NCBI GenBank assembly: GCA_051439505.1
Contig: JBFRWI010000051.1
Location: 1 to 49,516 of the forward strand
Direction: 5' to 3'
Source of the DNA: Hormoscilla sp.
Lineage (GTDB): Bacteria; Cyanobacteriota; Cyanobacteriia; Cyanobacteriales; Desertifilaceae
DNA length: 49,516 bases
The notes beneath the pieces were generated by a model, which saw only the letters and a program-made list of their open reading frames with translations, had not been told where the DNA came from and searched no databases. A program made the position numbers and the translations under genes. This document shows positions 20,070 to 30,615 of this stretch, one piece after another. Position 1 is the stretch's first letter. Every line of letters starts with the position of its first letter.

Positions 20070-20540
20070 GTGACAGAAAACACCAATTCCCAAGAACGAA
20101 TAGCCCAAGTATTGGAGGCGGTAGCAGCAGCGCAACAATTGCAAGCCGACTGGCTGCATTACGGCATAGACTGTATCGATCGCTATGTAGATGTAGAGGG
20201 AGAATGGTGGGAAACATCGGATGAGGAATACTCCGCAGAAGAGAGGAAAGAAGAGATGATCGAGTTTCTCTCCAGTGAGGACAAAGTAGCGGTGCGGGTA
20301 CGAGAACGCCTCAAGGTTGAGTCAATGTCTCAAATAGCAGCAGCGTTGGAAACATGTCTGGGCATTTCCTCCGAACAGGAGAGAACTTATGGGGTGAAAA
20401 ATATCCTCGCAGGTTCTCTGGTGGCGATCGTCCGCGAGGAAAGCGTTGCAGAGGATGAGGAAATCGAAATACTGGATTTAGCAGAAGACTTGCTGGAGAA
20501 GTTAGACGAAATTTTTGGCGTTCTCGATCCAGAAGAGTAA
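20070..20540 (+). CDS. Highly acidic hypothetical protein
   Basis: GGAGG ribosome-binding site, 10 bp after the previous stop. Very Glu/Asp-rich. Confidence 0.75.
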   Translation: MTENTNSQERIAQVLEAVAAAQQLQADWLHYGIDCIDRYVDVEGEWWETSDEEYSAEERKEEMIEFLSSEDKVAVRVRERLKVESMSQIAAALETCLGISSEQERTYGVKNILAGSLVAIVREESVAEDEEIEILDLAEDLLEKLDEIFGVLDPEE

Positions 20541-20571
20541 AGGGTGCAACGATAATGCAATGCATTTCCTG

Positions 20572-20630
20572 TAGCCCGCGCAGGCGGGCTTTGTTCATGT
20601 AGCCGGACCCTTTAGGGTTCGGTCTGTGGC
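20572..20630. repeat. REP-like element, family C (AGCCCGCGCAGGCGGGCT)
   Basis: Same hairpin recurs at about 26299-26350. Confidence 0.7.
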
Positions 20631-20699
20631 GAGGCAAATATGCAGTACAGCCCATAGTATCCTGAAAAATATTTCTTTGAGCAAGCTTGCATTCTTGAT

Positions 20700-20972
20700 A
20701 TGTCAAAATACAAAGTATTTGTCACTCGTCGTATTCCCCAAGTGGGCCTCGATCGCCTAAGAGAGATCGCCGAATTAGACATTTGGCCGGAAACCCTGCC
20801 ACCCCCTTACGAGGTGTTACAATCGAAAATACCCCAGCTCGACGGACTCTTATGCTTGCTGACCGATCGCATCGATGACTCATTAATCGAAGCCAGTGCG
20901 GATAATTTGGCTGCCGGACTCAGGGGCGATCGCTTGCCAAATTGCGTGAATCCAGAAATATATGATGCATAA
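20700..20972 (+). pseudogene. Internally deleted D-glycerate dehydrogenase/glyoxylate reductase
   Basis: N-terminus (KVFVTRRIP...DGLLCLLTDRID) is fused in frame to the C-terminus (ADNLAAGLRGDRLPNCVNPE). The NAD-binding domain is missing. Confidence 0.8.
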
Positions 20973-21186
20973 GGATATACTTGCGCTTCACTCCGTTGTT
21001 GATGTCATTGCGAGGGGGGAAATCTTTCTATAAGACCCCCGTCGCAATGACATAAGGGAGGTTATTGTGAAGCAATGACCCCCGGGGAGTCAGATATGAT
21101 GCATCAAAACTAAACTGGTGCAAGACCACACCCAATATATGATGCATAGTGGATATCATACATTAGGAAGAGGATGATGGATACAG

Positions 21187-21912
21187 ATGCAAAAAACAGT
21201 AGAAGTTTTACCCGATAAGACAGAACTAATAGAAAGGGCCCTAGCAGTAGTCCTAGACAATATGCAAAGTGCCTGCCAGTCCCGAGGCTGCTGTACCATT
21301 GCCCTGGCAGGGGGCAGTACCCCCAAGCCCCTGTATGAAGCCCTGGCGGCCCAAGCATTACCCTGGGAGAAAATTCACGTATTTTGGGGCGACGAACGCT
21401 ATGTGCCACCAGAACATCCAGATAGTAACGCCGGCATGGCCCGGACGGCTTGGCTCGCGATGGTAGACATACCAGCAGCTAATATCCACCCCATGCCCAC
21501 CGATGGAGAGTCTCCCGAGAAAGATGCAGCCAAACATGATGGCCAGTTGCGAGAGTTTTTCGGAGTGCCAGCTGGAAAGTTCCCAGCTTTTGATGTAATT
21601 TTGCTGGGAATGGGAGATGATGGCCATACCGCATCCCTGTTTCCCCAAACGGAAGCTTTGCACGTGCGCGATCGGCTAGTGACAGTGGGCGATAAAGATG
21701 GTACTCCCAGAATCACTTTTACAGTACCGCTAATAAATCAGGCTCGCTGCGTACTATTTCTAGTAGCTGGTGCCAATAAAAAACCCGCCCTGGCCCAAAT
21801 ATTGGCACCGGCAGCAGATGATATGGCCTATCCAGCTAGGCTGATCCAACCCCAGGGAGAACTTTGGTGGTTGTTGGACAAGACGGCGGGTTCGGAGATT
21901 GACAATATTTGA
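21187..21912 (+). CDS. pgl: 6-phosphogluconolactonase
   Basis: Motifs IALAGGSTP, FWGDERYVP, LLGMGDDGHTASLFP and RITFT. Confidence 0.96.
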   Translation: MQKTVEVLPDKTELIERALAVVLDNMQSACQSRGCCTIALAGGSTPKPLYEALAAQALPWEKIHVFWGDERYVPPEHPDSNAGMARTAWLAMVDIPAANIHPMPTDGESPEKDAAKHDGQLREFFGVPAGKFPAFDVILLGMGDDGHTASLFPQTEALHVRDRLVTVGDKDGTPRITFTVPLINQARCVLFLVAGANKKPALAQILAPAADDMAYPARLIQPQGELWWLLDKTAGSEIDNI

Positions 21913-21980
21913 GCTGTACAGTCGAGTTGCCCCTGGGAATTGTTAAAATCAGACTGTCCTAGGCAAGACTACTAAAAAAT

Positions 21981-22754
21981 ATGATTGTCTGCCCTAATTG
22001 CAATCACTCTAACCCTGATGGGGCTCAAGCCTGCGAAAATTGTTTCACACCTTTACCATCTATGACTGATTGTCCTTATTGTGGAGCCACGATCCAAGCG
22101 GATGCTAAATTCTGCGGTACCTGTGGCAATCAACTGCAAACAGCTGCTGCCCAAGCAGATGAAAATGAAACCACAGTGATTTCCACGAACCCTGGGGAAA
22201 ATGCCATGCCTAGTTCAGAAGAAATGTCGGCACAGCAGATAGAACCGACAGTTACCACAGAACCAGTGAGGAGCGAGAAGGAAACCGAAGCAACCCAAAC
22301 TAGCGGTTCGACTCCGCTCGCCACCAGTAGCCCCCCGTCAGTATCAGTAGCACAAAAGGTACCGGCAACATCCTTAAGCCAGACAGAAACTCCGGCAGTA
22401 AGTAATGCCCAAACTCAGCTACAGCAGCAAAGTGCGAGGCTGTTGCATGTCAGAACTAATCAGTCGATCGAATTACCCCAGCACTTACCGGTGATCCATG
22501 TAGGGAAGCCCAATGATAAAGTGCCGCCAGATATAGATGTGTCGGGATTTGCAGATTCAGATGTGGTTTCCCGGATTCATGCGAATCTGAGAATGGAGGG
22601 AGATGGTTACTATATTGAAGATGTGGGCAGTGCCAATGGCACTTACATCAACAATATGCCCCTCGCGGTGGGCAATAGGCACCGGTTGCGATCGGGCGAT
22701 CGGATCTCTCTGGGTAAAAATGACCTGGTGACGTTCTTGTTCCAAATGTCTTAA
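21981..22754 (+). CDS. fraH: Double zinc-ribbon + FHA domain protein (FraH-like)
   Basis: Four CxxC motifs, a Ser/Thr/Pro linker and an FHA domain (VSRIHA, DVGSANGTYIN). Lies directly downstream of pgl, as in Anabaena. Confidence 0.75.
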   Translation: MIVCPNCNHSNPDGAQACENCFTPLPSMTDCPYCGATIQADAKFCGTCGNQLQTAAAQADENETTVISTNPGENAMPSSEEMSAQQIEPTVTTEPVRSEKETEATQTSGSTPLATSSPPSVSVAQKVPATSLSQTETPAVSNAQTQLQQQSARLLHVRTNQSIELPQHLPVIHVGKPNDKVPPDIDVSGFADSDVVSRIHANLRMEGDGYYIEDVGSANGTYINNMPLAVGNRHRLRSGDRISLGKNDLVTFLFQMS

Positions 22755-22848
22755 GCTGGCCGATAGGATATACTAGAGCAGCTAGCCTTCGGTGCCGATT
22801 GGTGCCAAGAGGCTCCTGCCAATTACACACCAACTGAAAACTGCCGAT

Positions 22849-23367
22849 GTGATTACCCTAACTCTTTTGCATCCACTTCAGGATACAGCGGTTCAAAATT
22901 GGACTTTTGAAAAAGAACCGGTGATTAGGATTGGACGATCTACCGATAATAATGTGATTCTCTACAGTGCTGTAGTGTCCCGCCACCACGTAGAGTTACG
23001 GCGTGAGGCAGATTGTCAGTGGGAATTGCGGAATATAGGCACGAATGGGACTTACCTGGATGGTAAGCGTATAAGTCAAGTGAGTGTTGTGGATGGCACG
23101 GTGATTCGTCTAGCTCGCTCGGGCCCGAAAATAAAAATCAGCATTAGTGCGAAAACGGGGGCGAAACCACAGCGGTGGCCACAAAAATGGCCGCAGCTCC
23201 AAAATGGAAATTTAACAGCCGAACCGGTAATGACACAGACAAAAGGTGCGATGAGACGGGAGGGAAAGAAGGCTCCGCCGGGGACTTCCGATTCTCTCAC
23301 ATGGGTGCCATTTGATGATGAGGAGTCTCAGCCATCAACTAAACCGGATCTAAATCAGCAAGATTAG
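22849..23367 (+). CDS. FHA domain protein
   Basis: Motifs IRIGRSTDN, VVSRHH and GTNGTYLDG. Confidence 0.88.
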   Translation: MITLTLLHPLQDTAVQNWTFEKEPVIRIGRSTDNNVILYSAVVSRHHVELRREADCQWELRNIGTNGTYLDGKRISQVSVVDGTVIRLARSGPKIKISISAKTGAKPQRWPQKWPQLQNGNLTAEPVMTQTKGAMRREGKKAPPGTSDSLTWVPFDDEESQPSTKPDLNQQD

Positions 23368-23537
23368 GGAAAAACAGAGTCAGGAAAGCTCGCTGGGGAC
23401 GCGGATGTGGTAAAATAGGTCGAGGGTTGACAGCAGGGGCGATCGCCAGCCCTGATGTGCCCAATTTAAAGTCTGCCGATTTCCAGGCAGAAAAAATAGG
23501 CGAAGGCAACCTTTAGACTATCAAAGGGCTAAATGCT

Positions 23538-24014
23538 ATGTCGGTGATAACCTTATCCCTAATGCATCCAACAAAACGCGAGAGGATTCAAAGTTGGACT
23601 TTTGAACCGGAACAAAACTCAGTAATTACTGTTGGTCGGGCAAGAGATAATGATGTAGTGGTTCACAGTTCGGTGGTTTCCCGTAAGCATTTGGAACTGT
23701 GGCAAAATGAGACTGAGTGGGAAATTATTAATTTTGGCTCGAATGGTACCTATGTGAATAATCAAGCGATCGCCCAAGAACCAGTATTAGACGGGATGAT
23801 AGTGCGCTTGGGGAGTTCGGGACCGAAAATGGAAATTCGCTTAGCTGTTTTAGACTCAAATGCTAAGATTAGAAAGGCGGGAGGAGGGGGAAAACCTGGT
23901 ACGGGAACGGGAACGCTCGATCCGTCAAAAGACCGTCAGACTTTCTTGACTGGGGGACAAAAGACTCAGGTAGAAGAAGAAGATGCACCAGCAACTCAGG
24001 TAGAAATTAGATGA
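23538..24014 (+). CDS. FHA domain protein, paralogue of the upstream gene
   Basis: Motifs VGRARDND, VVSRKH and GSNGTYVN. Confidence 0.88.
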   Translation: MSVITLSLMHPTKRERIQSWTFEPEQNSVITVGRARDNDVVVHSSVVSRKHLELWQNETEWEIINFGSNGTYVNNQAIAQEPVLDGMIVRLGSSGPKMEIRLAVLDSNAKIRKAGGGGKPGTGTGTLDPSKDRQTFLTGGQKTQVEEEDAPATQVEIR

Positions 24015-24296
24015 TATTGACAGTTGCCCCCAGTAGGTAGAGATATAGAAAACAGGCGATGCCAGGGAGACCATGAGGGACTTGGGACCAGACTGAAAGG
24101 CGGGAAAGTCATGGCAACTCGCTTTTTGAAAGCAAGTGCGATCGCGTTTCACGCCACATCGGCCCAGCGGATCCGATGCCGGAGAAGAATTGGTTAGTAA
24201 AGCAATTAATAACGAGAAAATTAAGACGGTGAATGCCACCAGTAGCGGAAAAAACAGCCGATCGCTCATCAATTGAGAAGAGTTTGGTAGAAAAAA

Positions 24297-25292
24297 ATGG
24301 CTGAGCTAAGACAAAATGTGATTACCAGAGAATGGGTGATCATTGCTACGGAAAGGGCCCAAAGACCGGATAAGTTTGCTAGAGAAAAAGAGGCGATCGG
24401 GCTGCCACCCCACGAGGTAAATTGTCCTTTTTGTCCGGGGAACGAAGAGGGGAATATGGAAACATTCCGGATCGGGGATGAGAAGGAGTGGCGGGTGCGT
24501 GTAGTTAAGAACAGATATCCAGCGCTTTCCCTAGGAATAGAAGGAGAGAGGAAGGTAAATGGTATTTATCGTTCTTTGCCAGCAGTAGGATATCACGAAG
24601 TAATTATCGAACATCCCCGTCACGACCTAACTACGGCACTGCTAAATGTTGAGGAGGTAGCTCGGATTTTGCGGGCCTATCGTCAGCGATATGTGGAGAT
24701 ATCCCAAGATCCGGGGATGCAAACGATTATTATCTTCAAGAATCACGGGAAAGATGCCGGAACTTCCCTAGAACATCCCCACTCGCAGCTAGCGGCTACA
24801 CCCATTGTACCACACCAATTGCGAAACCGCATAGAAGAAGCAATTCGCTATTTCGATGATACGGGGGAATGTATATACTGTCGGACTCTAGAGGATGAAT
24901 TAGAAGCAAAGGAGAGAATTGTTTTAGAAAGCGAGTATTTTGTGGCGTTTATGCCCTATGCGCAGCTTTCACCATTTAGTATCTGGATTTTTCCGCGCCG
25001 ACATTACTCATCCTTTGATAAGATTAGCGCTCCAGAGATTGTGGATCTTGCCTATAACCTGAAAACGGTGCTGGCAAAGTTGTACTATGGCTTGAATAAT
25101 CCAGATTATAATTATACAATCCGTTCTATACCAATCAAGGAGCAGGAGACAGTATATTTTCACTGGTACATATCGATTATCCCCAGGATTTCTAAAACAG
25201 CCGGGTTTGAATTGGGTAGCGGCATGTATATTAATACGGCTTCGCCAGAAGAAAGTGCCCAGTTTTTGCGGGACGTGCAGCTTCCTAATTAA
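24297..25292 (+). CDS. galT: Galactose-1-phosphate uridylyltransferase
   Basis: Motifs CPFCPGNE, NRYPAL, GTSLEHPHSQ and AGFELGSG. Confidence 0.93.
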   Translation: MAELRQNVITREWVIIATERAQRPDKFAREKEAIGLPPHEVNCPFCPGNEEGNMETFRIGDEKEWRVRVVKNRYPALSLGIEGERKVNGIYRSLPAVGYHEVIIEHPRHDLTTALLNVEEVARILRAYRQRYVEISQDPGMQTIIIFKNHGKDAGTSLEHPHSQLAATPIVPHQLRNRIEEAIRYFDDTGECIYCRTLEDELEAKERIVLESEYFVAFMPYAQLSPFSIWIFPRRHYSSFDKISAPEIVDLAYNLKTVLAKLYYGLNNPDYNYTIRSIPIKEQETVYFHWYISIIPRISKTAGFELGSGMYINTASPEESAQFLRDVQLPN

Positions 25293-25615
25293 GTTTGGTA
25301 GTTCGGGCTTTAACTCTTTCTAGATATGTTAGCAGACTCCCAGCATTTTTGGGCGATCGCTACGGAGCTGTCGCGCAGTTAAATTGCCTGGAGCAAAATG
25401 CTGAAACCATTACTATTAATGACTTTCCCCATTTTGAATTTTGAATTTTGAATTGTTTAAAGGTTGTCTGGGTCTGTGTTAACATAGTCAGAAAATTTGC
25501 TGATTTGTCTGATAGTATATTATAACTTAATGAGTTGCCAGAGGAGGCAAAACTGCATATTTCCTGGGATGATTTACCAGTTGGCGGAGGCGATCGCTCA
25601 TCGGCTGTAAGTCTA

Positions 25616-26152
25616 TCAGCTGTCAATTCCGGTTGATAAGAAATAAATATACACGAAGGCAATTCCCGTGGCTACTCCGACTAAACAAACGCTAATCATT
25701 GACAAAAATATTTGGTAATGTTTGAATTTATTCTCGATCATTTTTTCTTTCATTTTAGTCCATCTGATTAGGGAAAATGTCATTAAAACAATAGCTAGCA
25801 GCCATAAAATACCTTCTATCCACTCATTATTTTTCATGATTGTACTAATGACAACTGATATAATAAAAGGAGATGCTAAACCATAACAATACCCCAAAAC
25901 TAAATCATTGCTGAATCGATCGAGGACGACAATAGTAGCATAGCATGTAGCTAATCCGATAATTGGTATAGTTGCTGCCCAGATATTATTCTCGCTAAAT
26001 TTATAGGCAATTCCGGATGTCACACTGTAAAATAATAGGCCACAGAACATTCCGAAGATTGGCAGCTTGGTCAAAATATTATGGTCGATAAATGCAGCTA
26101 GCAAACTCATAAAACCTAAGACAAATATTAATCCCACAGCTATTAATTCCAT
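25616..26152 (-). CDS. AT-rich hypothetical multi-pass membrane protein
   Basis: 178-aa ORF with about six hydrophobic segments and an AGAGGT ribosome-binding site. Confidence 0.65.
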   Translation of the reverse strand: MELIAVGLIFVLGFMSLLAAFIDHNILTKLPIFGMFCGLLFYSVTSGIAYKFSENNIWAATIPIIGLATCYATIVVLDRFSNDLVLGYCYGLASPFIISVVISTIMKNNEWIEGILWLLAIVLMTFSLIRWTKMKEKMIENKFKHYQIFLSMISVCLVGVATGIAFVYIYFLSTGIDS

Positions 26153-26365
26153 GTTTACCTCTAGCTTGACTCGTTCAAAAGTGTTAAGGCCCGATCGCCC
26201 CCTAGTCTTCTATCATCAATTCCCAGCACATCGAGTCTAAGGTAGAAACCCAGTTGATTGACCGACAGTATACCTCATAATGATACCCTTCTAGCTACAG
26301 CCCGCGCAGGCGGGCTTTGTAAGGGTAGCCCCACCCTTCAGGGTGAGGGCGGCGGGGGGGGGAAC

Positions 26366-27892
26366 TTAAGCGCCGACAGCTTCTTTAGCAGCGTACATGA
26401 CTTCAATGGTGATTTCATCTAGGCCCCGATCGCGTGCGAATTTCTCGGTATTGCGCTTGACCTTACCGCGAACAAAACCTGGAACTTTATTTAATTCCGC
26501 CCGGGCATCTTTAGTCCAGTTTAGGTCAGAGTCAGCAGAAATGCCTTTGTGAATTACTTCCTTGGTGTCGTGACCGCCAAAGATTTCTAACAGATGGTCT
26601 TCCATCCCCAAGGTGAAGGAATTGTACACTAAATCAGTAACTTGGTTCGTGCCTTCATAACCTAGGAAGGGTTTGTATCCGATCGGGAAATTCTGGATGT
26701 GAATGGGGGCAGCAATTACGCCGCAGGGAATGTTCAAGCGCTTGCCCACGTGCCGTTCCATTTGGGTGCCGAAAATGGCCGAGGGCTCCACCCGGGCGAT
26801 CGCATCACCGATTTCGCCATTATCATCGGTAATGAGCACCTCATCGCAATATTCGCTGACCTGTTCTCGGAACCACTCAGCATCATACTTGCAGTAAGTT
26901 CCGGCCCAAACCACGTGAATGCCCATTTCCCGGGCCAGAATTTTGGTCATGGCAGCAGCGTGAGTATTGTCACCGAACACTACCACTTTTTTACCGGTCA
27001 AATTCTGACAGTCAATGGAACGGGAGAACCAGGCAGCTTGGGAAACGAACCGAGTCTGATTGTCGATATACTCTTCATAATCGACATTAGCGCCTTGGGC
27101 ATTGAGTACCTGTTGAATCTTGCGGAGGCAACGGGCCGTTTCCACCACGCCCATCGGCGTAATATCCACATAGGGCATACCCAACTCTTGTTCCAGATAG
27201 CGGGCCGTCATCAGGCCAATTTCCCGATAGGGGGCGAGGTTAAACCAAGCGCGAGGCAGGTTCTTCAGGTTGTGAACTGAGGCCCCTTCGGGTATTACCT
27301 CGTTCACTTCAATGCCCAAGTCGGCCATCAGGCGTTTCAGTTCGATGCAGTCATGCTGATTGTGAAAACCGAGGGTAGAAATGCCGATGATGTTGACGGA
27401 GGGTTTTTCCGTTTTGCCTGCTGGGAGTTCCCCTTTCTTCTTCGCCTTCTGGATGTAGAACTTGACTATTTGATCTAGGGTGCTGTCTGCTGCTTGCAGT
27501 TCGTTCACCCGGTAATGGTTCACATCCGCTAGCATCACGTCCCCTTTGGCATCCATCTGGGCCCGTGAGACGAAATTTTCCAGGTCTTCTTGCAGGATGC
27601 TGGAGGTGCAGGTGGGGGTAAGCACGATCAGATCGGGACTCTCCTCTTTATCTTTGCGGACGATGTTGTCTACCACCTTTTCTTGAGAACCCCGGGCCAA
27701 AACGTTGCGGTCTACGATGCTGGCGGTCACCGGCGTGTAGTCCCGCTCCCGCTCTAGCATGGAACGCATGACGTTGAAGTAGTCATCCCCGAGGGGGGCA
27801 TGCATGATCGCGTGGACGTTCTTGAAGGAACTGGCTATGCGGAGGGTGCCAATGTGAGCCGGACCTGCATACATCCAGTAAGCCAATTTCAT
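26366..27892 (-). CDS. chlB: Light-independent protochlorophyllide reductase subunit B
   Basis: Starts [15 protein letters not shown]. Motifs HAPLGDDYF and [11 protein letters not shown]-terminal PCP_red domain ([14 protein letters not shown]). Confidence 0.98.
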   Translation of the reverse strand: MKLAYWMYAGPAHIGTLRIASSFKNVHAIMHAPLGDDYFNVMRSMLERERDYTPVTASIVDRNVLARGSQEKVVDNIVRKDKEESPDLIVLTPTCTSSILQEDLENFVSRAQMDAKGDVMLADVNHYRVNELQAADSTLDQIVKFYIQKAKKKGELPAGKTEKPSVNIIGISTLGFHNQHDCIELKRLMADLGIEVNEVIPEGASVHNLKNLPRAWFNLAPYREIGLMTARYLEQELGMPYVDITPMGVVETARCLRKIQQVLNAQGANVDYEEYIDNQTRFVSQAAWFSRSIDCQNLTGKKVVVFGDNTHAAAMTKILAREMGIHVVWAGTYCKYDAEWFREQVSEYCDEVLITDDNGEIGDAIARVEPSAIFGTQMERHVGKRLNIPCGVIAAPIHIQNFPIGYKPFLGYEGTNQVTDLVYNSFTLGMEDHLLEIFGGHDTKEVIHKGISADSDLNWTKDARAELNKVPGFVRGKVKRNTEKFARDRGLDEITIEVMYAAKEAVGA

Positions 27893-28270
27893 ATATTCTT
27901 CTCCGTTGTCCTAGTTGAGAATGTGATTGCTGTGAACCGTACACACTGTCATTCAATAGGTAGTACGGCGGCGTGTACGGCCCACCAGTTCAAAGGGTGG
28001 GTCGTACAGTCAGACCCTACCGGTAGTTGAGAACTGCTTGATTTCCGTAAGTGATTCCCAGGCTTACGGAAATCGTGATGGCATGGTCTTAATATAAAGC
28101 CCATCGGGCGCACTGATGATGATAGCCGATCTCGCCGTCACCCTATGAGACTGCGATCGGTAGGGGTCACAGGTCCACCAAGGCCCGAAGTTGCCACCGG
28201 TCGGGAGCATCTGGGGCGATCGCCTACAAAGAGAATATCTTGGCCGATAATAGAAAAAAAGGAGGTAGCA

Positions 28271-28717
28271 ATGCCAACGAAACAAGATTGGAACTGGTTA
28301 GCCATCAACTCTCATTATCAAACTGCCACTGCCGTGCAACAACTTTTGCAAGAAGGAAATTCAATGGAAGCTAGGGAATGTTTAGATGCTTTAATTGAAG
28401 CTATGGGTAGATCGGAAAAACGCGCAGTCAAAAGCCAGCTTATCCGGCTGATGATCCATATCGTCAAGTGAAAATCTCAACCAGAACATCGGAGTTCGAG
28501 CTGGAGTATTAGCATTCGCTCTGCTCGAAATGAGATTGAAGATATTCAAGAGGAAATGCCAAGTCTGAATAGAGATTACCTTGAATCTATCTGGGAAAAA
28601 TGCTTCCAAAGGGCAGTCAAAGATGCTGAAGATGAAATGGGGATAAAAAGTCAATTAACCTCCCTTAACTGGGAGGAAGTGTTTGACGAAGAGTACAGTT
28701 TCATCAAAAATAGGTAG
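28271..28717 (+). pseudogene. DUF29 family protein with internal stop
   Basis: GGAGG ribosome-binding site. MGRSEKRAVKSQLIRLMIHIVK*KSQPEHRSSSWSISIR: TGA at 28469 replaces the conserved Trp. The frame stays open to TAG at 28717. Confidence 0.85.
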
Positions 28718-28874
28718 TGGAGATCGCATCTCGGGCAGTTTCTTCATCATGTTTGTTCATCACTTGTTAAAGCCTGTCGTTGCACTGCTAACAATTAATG
28801 CCGTAGCATTAGCACGACAGCTTAGTCTGCCAAATTTATAGCTAATGCGGCGGAAACACTTTCCCGATCGATGA

Positions 28875-29933
28875 TTATTCTCCCCACCGTTGCCACTGAT
28901 AAAAATTCTTACCTTGACTGACGGCTAAACCAATTTGCTGCTGACGAGAAAGTTCATCGTGTTCCCCCTCATTGCTGCCGATATAGTACATCCGAAAACT
29001 ACCATCGTCCATGGGTACCACACAGGGAGTCCCGATCGCCTGTGCATCCCAACGACCCGAACCCTTGGGGGCATGGCTAAAAACAGCACCACTGGCTTCG
29101 GAACCTGGTTGCTTTTCCCAAGTTATGCCATCTTCAGATATAGCCAAGCCAATAGAATGATATCCACTAATATTGAGTCCTTCGTAGAACATTACATATT
29201 GACCATTGATGTTCAAGACATGGCGAGTGCCAATGCCCCGTTCGTCAAAACTACCGGGTTCTCCCGGCCCCAGGATTTGCCCGACTTTTTCCCAGCAAAA
29301 ACCATCCCTTGATACAGCCAAACCAACCAAAAATTCTCTGGTAGCATTTAAAGTGTGGTAATACATTTTCCAGCCATTGCCATCGCGCAAAACCTGGGGC
29401 CAACCACAAAACAGGGCATCAAACTCTCCCGGTTGTCCACAATTAAGGAATGCACCTCGGTGGGGGCCTTCTAATCTTACCCAGTTGATGCCATCACGAG
29501 AAATGGCGCAACCCGGAAGCATCTGAAGTCCTTTAGCTTTAATCTTGCCGACCTCTATGACCTGGCGATCGCCCCCAAAATACCACATCCAATAGAGACC
29601 ATCCCAGAAATTGACATTGCTAACGCCTAAATGACCTGAGTCAAACCTTTGAGGATCTGGGTGAGGTTCAAACACCGCCCCCATTGTCAGGGGCCCTTTG
29701 ACTCGTTCCCACTGGACGCCGTCGGGGGAAACCGCCAGACCACAGCGACCTGTGGGCAAATTGATTTGGCGATCGAAACTGGCATCGCGCCCGTAATACC
29801 ACATTTTCCAAGTGCGATCCCGACAGCGCATGACCTGAGGGGAGGAAACCCGTTCCGAGTCCCACCAACCTTCAGGGCCAGGAGTTAGCAATAAACCCGG
29901 TTGATTCATTTCGGTAGTTTGAGAATTAGACAT
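28875..29933 (-). CDS. Five-bladed beta-propeller glycoside hydrolase-like protein (GH43/32/130 clan)
   Basis: Repeated W/FD...P.V...MWY.G...GLAVS.DG..W blades. Confidence 0.8.
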   Translation of the reverse strand: MSNSQTTEMNQPGLLLTPGPEGWWDSERVSSPQVMRCRDRTWKMWYYGRDASFDRQINLPTGRCGLAVSPDGVQWERVKGPLTMGAVFEPHPDPQRFDSGHLGVSNVNFWDGLYWMWYFGGDRQVIEVGKIKAKGLQMLPGCAISRDGINWVRLEGPHRGAFLNCGQPGEFDALFCGWPQVLRDGNGWKMYYHTLNATREFLVGLAVSRDGFCWEKVGQILGPGEPGSFDERGIGTRHVLNINGQYVMFYEGLNISGYHSIGLAISEDGITWEKQPGSEASGAVFSHAPKGSGRWDAQAIGTPCVVPMDDGSFRMYYIGSNEGEHDELSRQQQIGLAVSQGKNFYQWQRWGE

Positions 29934-29939
29934 TATTTG

Positions 29940-30220
29940 GCTCTTCGTGAAATAGTATGCTAAATTACCCTCATGCATAGCCTCAAACCAGGTCAGCTAG
30001 AGTAATGGTTGAGTATTGGGAAACTATTTCGTCAGGGCAAAGACCCATCCGTTCGTGCCAGATGACGATATCCTGCCAACGAATTTGTCGATGTCCGGCA
30101 AGGCGCGGTTTCCCCCCGCATAACCCGGGCGCGATCGGAGATATGTTCCTTCATTACTGATTCGATATATCTACTCCTTCCTTTGCTAATGGGCGATCGA
30201 CATCTCTCCGATCCTAACAC
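29940..30220 (-). pseudogene. Degenerate duplicate of the DUF433 gene
   Basis: About 30038-30096 is identical to about 30801-30860. Similarity continues on both sides with indels. Confidence 0.75.
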
Positions 30221-30272
30221 AAAAAATCTTTTGACTACAGGACGATCGCCTGAGAGCGATCGCCTATGCCAA

Positions 30273-30615
30273 TTACAGATATTCAACCTGTCCCACCATC
30301 TCTTCAGGTTCGAGTACCTCCCAAATTAGAGTTAATCCTCCAATCATTTCTCCAATTGAACGACGTCCTGGGATACAGTAAGCAATGCCCCCATGGTTTA
30401 CTCCGCTATTATGCAGCCGTAGAAAGTCATTATCCTGAGTAAAAATCACTCGATTTTGAGAGCATGCAAACGCAAGTTGCACCTCATCAGAGGCACCAAT
30501 TAGTCCAGCTTCTGGGGTGGTTGTCACATCAATGCCGCACGCTACGCTTTCGCAAGCCATCAGCGACGTAATTGTTGACATTTTCATCCAAGTGGAATTC
30601 TTACGTTTGTGCCAT
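30273..30615 (-). pseudogene. DUF5615 PIN-like toxin, disrupted
   Basis: MAQT*EFHLDENVNNYVADGLRKR, then a frameshift into GIDVTTTPEAGLIGASDEVQL...VIFTQDNDFL. Confidence 0.8.

Noticed and set aside
28469..28471. TGA recoding (Trp or Sec)
   Set aside because: Many genes in the window end in TGA, and the position is a Trp rather than Cys site. A nonsense mutation is simpler.
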